Of a DNA stretch of 64,000 nucleotides, positions 1 through 64,000 are shown one piece after another. Every line of letters begins with the position of its first letter. Within the stretch, counting starts at the first letter, position 1. A model generated the notes under the pieces. The model did no database searches, was not told where the DNA came from, and saw nothing but the letters and a program-made list of their open reading frames with translations. Both the position numbers and the translations under genes were made by a program. The DNA comes from Felis catus. Taxonomy: Eukaryota. Where the stretch lies: NCBI RefSeq assembly GCF_018350175.1, contig NC_058383.1:23500001-23564000 (forward strand), in the 5' to 3' direction.

Positions 1-214
1 AACTTTAGTTCCTTATGATTGTATGATGAGGTCTCCCCATTCTCTCGCTGGCGGTCAGCCAGGGACCTCTAAGCTTCCAAGGTCCACGCTAGGTCCTTGC
101 CACGTGGTCCCCTCCATAGGCTCTCTCACACTGAATACCTCTGAGTTCAGGAAGGGCTAGTTCCTTTGAATGGTACAGCTAGTTAAGTATGACTCACTCG
201 GACGATCTGCCTTT

Positions 215-634
215 TTTTTAGTGTTTATTTATTTTTAATTTTAAATTATTTATTTATTTTGAGAGAGACAGAGAGAGTGTGAGTGGGGAAGGGGCAGAGA
301 GACAGAGAATCCCAAGCAGGCTCCATGCGGTCAGTGCACAGAGGCTGATGTGGGGCTTGAACTCATGAGACCGTGAGATCATGACCTGAGCCAAAGTTGG
401 ATGCTTAACCAACTGAGCCACCCAGGTGCCCCACTGCTTATTTGTTTTTGAGAGAGGAGAGAGCCAGAGACAGAGCATGAGTTGGGAGGGGCAGGGTGGG
501 GGGAAGGGGGAAAGAATCCAAAGCAGGCTGTGGGCTCTGAGCTGTCAACACAGAGCCCAACACAGGGCTTAAACTCATGAACCACAAAATCACGACCTGA
601 GCTGAAGTCAGAACTGAGCCACCTAGACACCCCA
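215..634 (-). mobile_element. Two tandem Can-SINEs inserted in a MaLR (MLT1-like) LTR relic
   Basis: Reverse complements of tRNA-like head GGGGCACCTGGGTGGCTCAG, (CT)n and A-rich tail; flanks at about 1-760 look MLT-like. Confidence 0.8.
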
Positions 635-934
635 ATCTACCTTTTTATTAAGTCAAAAAATTAGTAAAAGCTAATAGTCTAAGACTAAAGTCATAGGAGT
701 GGCACTCCATCACACCCACAGATTCTGCCTGGACTCAGGGGGAAGAGATTACACAGGGTATGCACACCAAGGAGCTTAGCGCCACCTTAGAATTCTGTCT
801 ACCACAGTTTAGTAACTGAACTCTTCTGGAATCATCCATTTCCTTTTCAGTCAGTATGACTTGGGGTAAAGTGTATCATCTTCCAATCCACAGCATGGGA
901 CAAGCACTGTACAAAGGAGGGCATGCTGAAGACA

Positions 935-1260
935 CGGTGTATAAGTCAGCTTTGGCTGCAGTGACAAATAACCCCAAAGTCTCAATGGCTTCCCATAACA
1001 AGTATTTATTTCTTGCTCCTGAGTATTCAGGTTGGCTGTGGCTCTGCTGGGTTCTGCTGATCTCAGCTTGGCTGTAAGTTGCAGGATATGTTCATGTCTG
1101 TTCCCTATGTCTCCTCATCTACACATTGCCTCACGTGGAGAAGCAACTACCAACAGGTCAGGCCAAATCATGTGAGCACATGTAAGACTACTGCTGTGGA
1201 ATCTATCATTTCTGCTCACGTTCCAACAACCAAAGCCCAAAGTCAGTGGTGTTGAGATAC
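935..1260. mobile_element. Old MaLR (MLT1-like) LTR relic
   Basis: gtcagctttggctgcagtgacaaataaccccaaagtctcaatggct pattern. Confidence 0.5.
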
Positions 1261-1878
1261 ATGGATGTATAAGCCTAATAAAGGAAGTAACCAAAGGAGT
1301 TGGGGATGGTCATCTAGTCCACCACACACATGGGAATGTTCCAGAGGATTTCAGAGACTGAAAGCAATTCCTCAGTCTTCTAAGGACAGCCCCTCCCTCC
1401 AGATTTCATCAGCATATGTCCAGTCTGAGTCATCAAAGGCCAGGATGGAGGTGAAGGCCAGTAAGGTCTTCACCTGTGGGCAACACCTATGCAGATCTCT
1501 CCCCATAGGTCAGATAAGCCCATACCCCTTTCTGAAATAATCAGTAACAATAAGCAGTAAAGCCAGAGAAGTATAAAATGAATCTCCTATGGTGGCTGAA
1601 AATCCCAGGAATCACTGGACGGCTGGGATGGATTTATAGAGAGGGTACTCACCCCAAGACATACTTTGTAGATGTTGCACCTGTTCACTCTACGACCTGG
1701 TAATTCTGCAGTGTTTAATTTTATTTTTTTTATTACATATATGTTTTCCTTGGAAACAATATAGATGTTTTTAAAGGTAAGAATGGGCAACAGACTTAAG
1801 GACAAAGGAATATTGAATATTTAATACTAAGCTCTTTACTGTGTTGTCACTCTCAGCATTCCTTTAGTAAAGCCAGGG

Positions 1879-1880
<2 letters not shown>

Positions 1881-1927
<47 letters not shown>
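1881..1927. repeat. (CA)n microsatellite
   Basis: About 23 pure CA units. Confidence 0.97.
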
Positions 1928-1930
<3 letters not shown>

Positions 1931-2038
1931 CAAGACGCAGCCACCTCTCCTTGGTAATGCAACCCATCTCCAGCAACTGTGGTGACTCCCTGGACACCAG
2001 GACTAGAGAGAATGTATTTCTAGGTCTCATTGAAGTTG

Positions 2039-2094
2039 CAGCCCCCACAAGCTACTTCCAGCCCCCACAAGCACTTCCAGCCCCCACAAGCTAC
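2039..2094. repeat. About 20-bp tandem repeat x3 (cagcccccacaagc(t)acttc)
   Basis: Direct inspection. Confidence 0.9.
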
Positions 2095-3909
2095 ACTCAG
2101 CATCTGGACGGGGCCTGAAGGTGGGGGTTCCGCCAAAGGATCCAGCTGGGGGTGATATTCAGATATCTGACAACCTATATGGAGCAGGTCCCAACCAATC
2201 AGGACCATGGCACCACAACCTGTGTGCTAGTGACCATGATCCCTGCAGCCACCTGGGGGGCCAGTTGTAGAAGATGGAGGCTGGGAATGCAACGGCCGGG
2301 TTGACACTGAAAGGTGAACAGGAACAACACCTATCAGTGTGACCCGCTGCTTCCCTGCGCATCTCAACCTGAGACCCCAGGGGTCCTGCGGGGCATAAGC
2401 TGGATTTGTCTTTCTGCCTGAGGCAATCACCAATTATAAGTGCTGTGAGGCAAGCTGGCCTTCCGCCAGAGGAGGAGGTGAAGGGAGTTACAGAATCTCT
2501 CTCTGATCTAACTTATTGGAGAAGTTAAAAGATACTCATCTAGGAGGCAGCACAGTGCGAGGTAAAAAGTCAAGATCCAAAAATCCTTCCTACCTGAGGG
2601 GTCTTAGACCACAGTTCTTTAACCTCTTGGGCTCAGTCCCCTCATCTGAAAATGGGAATCACAACTGCACCCACGTAGCAGAGTTGTGATGACAACCAAG
2701 TGAGCTAATGATATAGGCAAAGCCCCTTCAGCAGTGCCTGATGCAGAGCTGGCCCTCCAGGAGTCACTGCAGCCATCCAACATGGCAGGCAGGGTCCAGG
2801 AAGTCAATCAAAACCAAATGATCAGAAGGAAAGGTGAGACACAAAAGCTCCACGACATTGGCAGCGTGACGCCTGACTCAAAGGAAAGTTGTTTTAATTG
2901 TTGTTCCCCAGGAAAATCCAAGGCCAAAGGAAAGTGGGTCCTGAGATGGATCCAAGCCTGCTTGGACCCATTCTCACGCAACGCCCCTCTCAGATCAGCC
3001 AGTCTGGCCCCGCTAAACCGGGGGCTGGTGCTGTTGGTAACAAGATTGATGATCTGTGATTGAGAAGGAACATGAGCTGCCACTTCCCCGCCAGGATGAG
3101 AGAAGAACCAAATCAGACCCTAAACAACACCTGCAGGGCCACACCTTCCATATGCCAGCCTTTTAATTTTCTATCATAACTGCATGTGACATCTGAAAAT
3201 ACACCAGTCTCTACAACACCTACCCATGCTGCTTTTTAAAATCCACCCACCTCTTATGGAACACCAGAGATATTTGGAAACTCAGGCAGGCTTTTCTTCC
3301 TATCTCCAGATGAGACATCTACTGTGGGTGCGTGACCAGGAAGAGAACGCAGGGCGTGCTGGTGGCAGAAGAGAAGTGCCCAGGATGTCTAACTTGCTCC
3401 CTAAGGGATGTCATGAGAAATGACTCTGATTGCTATTTTTGAGACGGCATAACACCTGGGAGGTGGCAAACCACACTGCTGTTGCCCTTTCCTGAGCCCG
3501 AGGCCAAGAGCATCCTGCAAATTTCCAGAAGTAACTCCATCCCAGCCTCCAAAAGGATTGGGCCAGTGGGCTGACTTTGCTCTGCTGTGCTATAATCACA
3601 TGGGTGATTGACTTGCACTATGTATTTCCTTTTTATTTCAACCCATCCCCAAAGCCCAGGGCAACTTAAAACCGGAAGAGCCACCACCTTCGTCAAAAAA
3701 GGACTGTTTTAAAAGCTTAACGGATAACTCCACAGCCATTCATTCAGCTGACTCCCAAAGAAATGGAAGGCATCTGGAAAATGTATTTAAAAATTGATTT
3801 AACGTTGAGCCATGTTAAATGTTTTAATTTCCAGGCAATGCAATGCCCACCAAAACATCAATTAGTCCCAGCAATCAGGCAGGAATATTGGCTTCTGTTG
3901 AGGGATTCA

Positions 3910-3915
3910 TTTATT
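3910..3915 (-). terminator. Candidate OTOA polyadenylation signal AATAAA (a second one at 3632-3637)
   Basis: First canonical AATAAA I found on the minus strand after the stop codon, about 500 nt downstream. Confidence 0.4.
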
Positions 3916-4412
3916 TCGGCTCTGCTAAATACCTAAGGAGAAATCCAATGTAGCCTATAGCTCCGAGGAAGAGACATTAAGCCAGAGAAGAAGCCAGATC
4001 AGGCCCTGGATAAAATGGTACCACTGCCAGCACCCGCCACTCCTTACGCACAAGTTACTGCCCTCTCTTCAGAGAGAGATGCCAGGAACTCGGGCGTCAG
4101 GTCCTCATGCCCTTGACAGAAAACACCCTTCCCACCCACAGCTTCTCTGTCTCCAAGCCGGAAAGCAAGAGAGGCTGAAACGGGGCAGAGAACGTCTCTC
4201 TGCTGAGGACACAAGCCAGCTGGAGAACTTTTAAAATCACTTTTAACAATTATTCTTCCTTTTGGTGCCTTTGAAATCTCAAGGCCCTGGGGTCTCCCCG
4301 CCCCAGCGGAGGCTGTGGATTGGGGTAGGGGGTCTCACAGTCTGAAGTGCCTCTGTTTCCACACACCCTGGGCCGGCTGCTTGAGAACTGAAGGGCGATG
4401 CACACACGCTGC

Positions 4413-62948
<58,536 letters not shown>

Positions 62949-63689
62949 CTTGATAGGGAGTGTTGAGAGATACAGTGAGGATGGGACAGGAGCACCTGGT
63001 CAGCACCACGGCCAGCAGCCCAGCCAAGCCACCTACTTCCCGCAGAGACCGACCACAAGCTGGCAGCTTGCAGCCATGTTTGGTTTGGCTGGCTCCAAAA
63101 TTCTTCATTAGCTGCCAACATTTTGAAGTCCAGGGATTCCCCACAAAAATCCAGACTTCCAACTTCTCTTGGAAAACACAAAGATTTGGCAACGCTAGGC
63201 ATGCATCCTCTTCCTGGTGATAATCAGCAAGCCAAGGGCCAGCTGCTCCCTGTAATTACACTCCTGCTCACCACCCACCCAGCCAGCCGATCTCCCCATG
63301 CCCTGCCAGGTTCCTATAGGTGCTTGAGGTTTCAAGTCCAGAGCCGCTGGCCTCTGTCCAGGAAGTTTACCACCCCCAGACTGGCACCGCTCAAACCCTC
63401 TCCCACGCTGCAAGCTATCAGAGAAAAAGCAAAATTCAGGCAGCATGTACAAACTCCCCCTTGGTATCCTTTCTAAAGTGAGAAGCAGAGGTCTGCAGCC
63501 TTTCCTAAAAGAGATTACTCTGCTGTCTGGGGAATTATTTTCTAAATCTCTCTTAAACAAAGGTGCTCTACAAGGGAGCATACTGTGATGTCATGGGCAA
63601 AAGGTGGGCTCTAAAACCAGACAAACCATGTGCACATCCCCACTTTGCCACCAACCAGTTGTGTGGCCTTGGACAAGTTACTTACCTAG

Positions 63690-63978
63690 CATTGGTAGAT
63701 AAAATACAGAATGCCCAGTTAAATTTGAATTGGAGTTAAATAGTGAATAATTTTTGAGCCCAAGTATGTCCCAAATATTGCATGGGACAGACATATACTA
63801 AAAAAAAATTCATTGTTCATCTGCAAATCAAATTTAATGGGGAATACTGTATTTTTTAAAAGTAATCTCTACACCCAACATGGGAATTATACTCACAACC
63901 CCGAACTCAAGAGTTGCATGTACCACCGACTGAGCCAGCCAGGCACTCCAGGAACACTGTATTTTTATTTGCTAAATG
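63690..63978. mobile_element. MER33-like hAT element with a SINE fragment (about 63860-63950) inserted
   Basis: gataaaatacagaatgcccagttaaatttgaat...actgtatttttatttgctaaat. Confidence 0.7.
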
Positions 63979-64000
63979 AGCAACAGTACTTTGGGACCTC

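Noticed and set aside
254..635. Recurrent short ORFs such as [16 protein letters not shown]... throughout the ORF track
   Set aside because: They are translations of Can-SINE copies, not a gene family.
2039..2094. Three 20-bp direct repeats, superficially CRISPR-like
   Set aside because: No unique spacers and a eukaryotic context; this is a simple minisatellite.
2249..2262. CTCF-like CCACCTGGGGGG downstream of OTOA
   Set aside because: Two mismatches to the core consensus; not supportable from sequence alone.

Overview
Mammalian genomic DNA from a cat-family (felid) carnivore, judged from dense tRNA-derived Can-SINEs of the SINEC_Fc type and L1 fragments. The window holds most of the otoancorin gene (OTOA) on the minus strand. 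I traced 23 coding exons from 62948 down to the TGA stop at 4413-4415. They splice into an uninterrupted 3153-nt frame (1050 aa plus stop) ending in a GPI-anchor-like tail. The N-terminal exons, including the signal peptide, appear to lie beyond the right edge of the window. One intron is GC-AG. The rest is intronic or 3' flanking sequence rich in SINEs, L1, MaLR/ERV LTRs, hAT/Tigger MITEs, MIR/L2 relics and microsatellites. I found no convincing novel multi-gene system. The most interesting points are splice-site oddities, possible decayed counterparts of human alternative exons, a repeat-free motif-dense intronic block, an interlocked double palindrome and several nested retrotransposition events. 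Comparisons to human OTOA and all repeat family names are from memory, not from database searches. Repeat boundaries are approximate.
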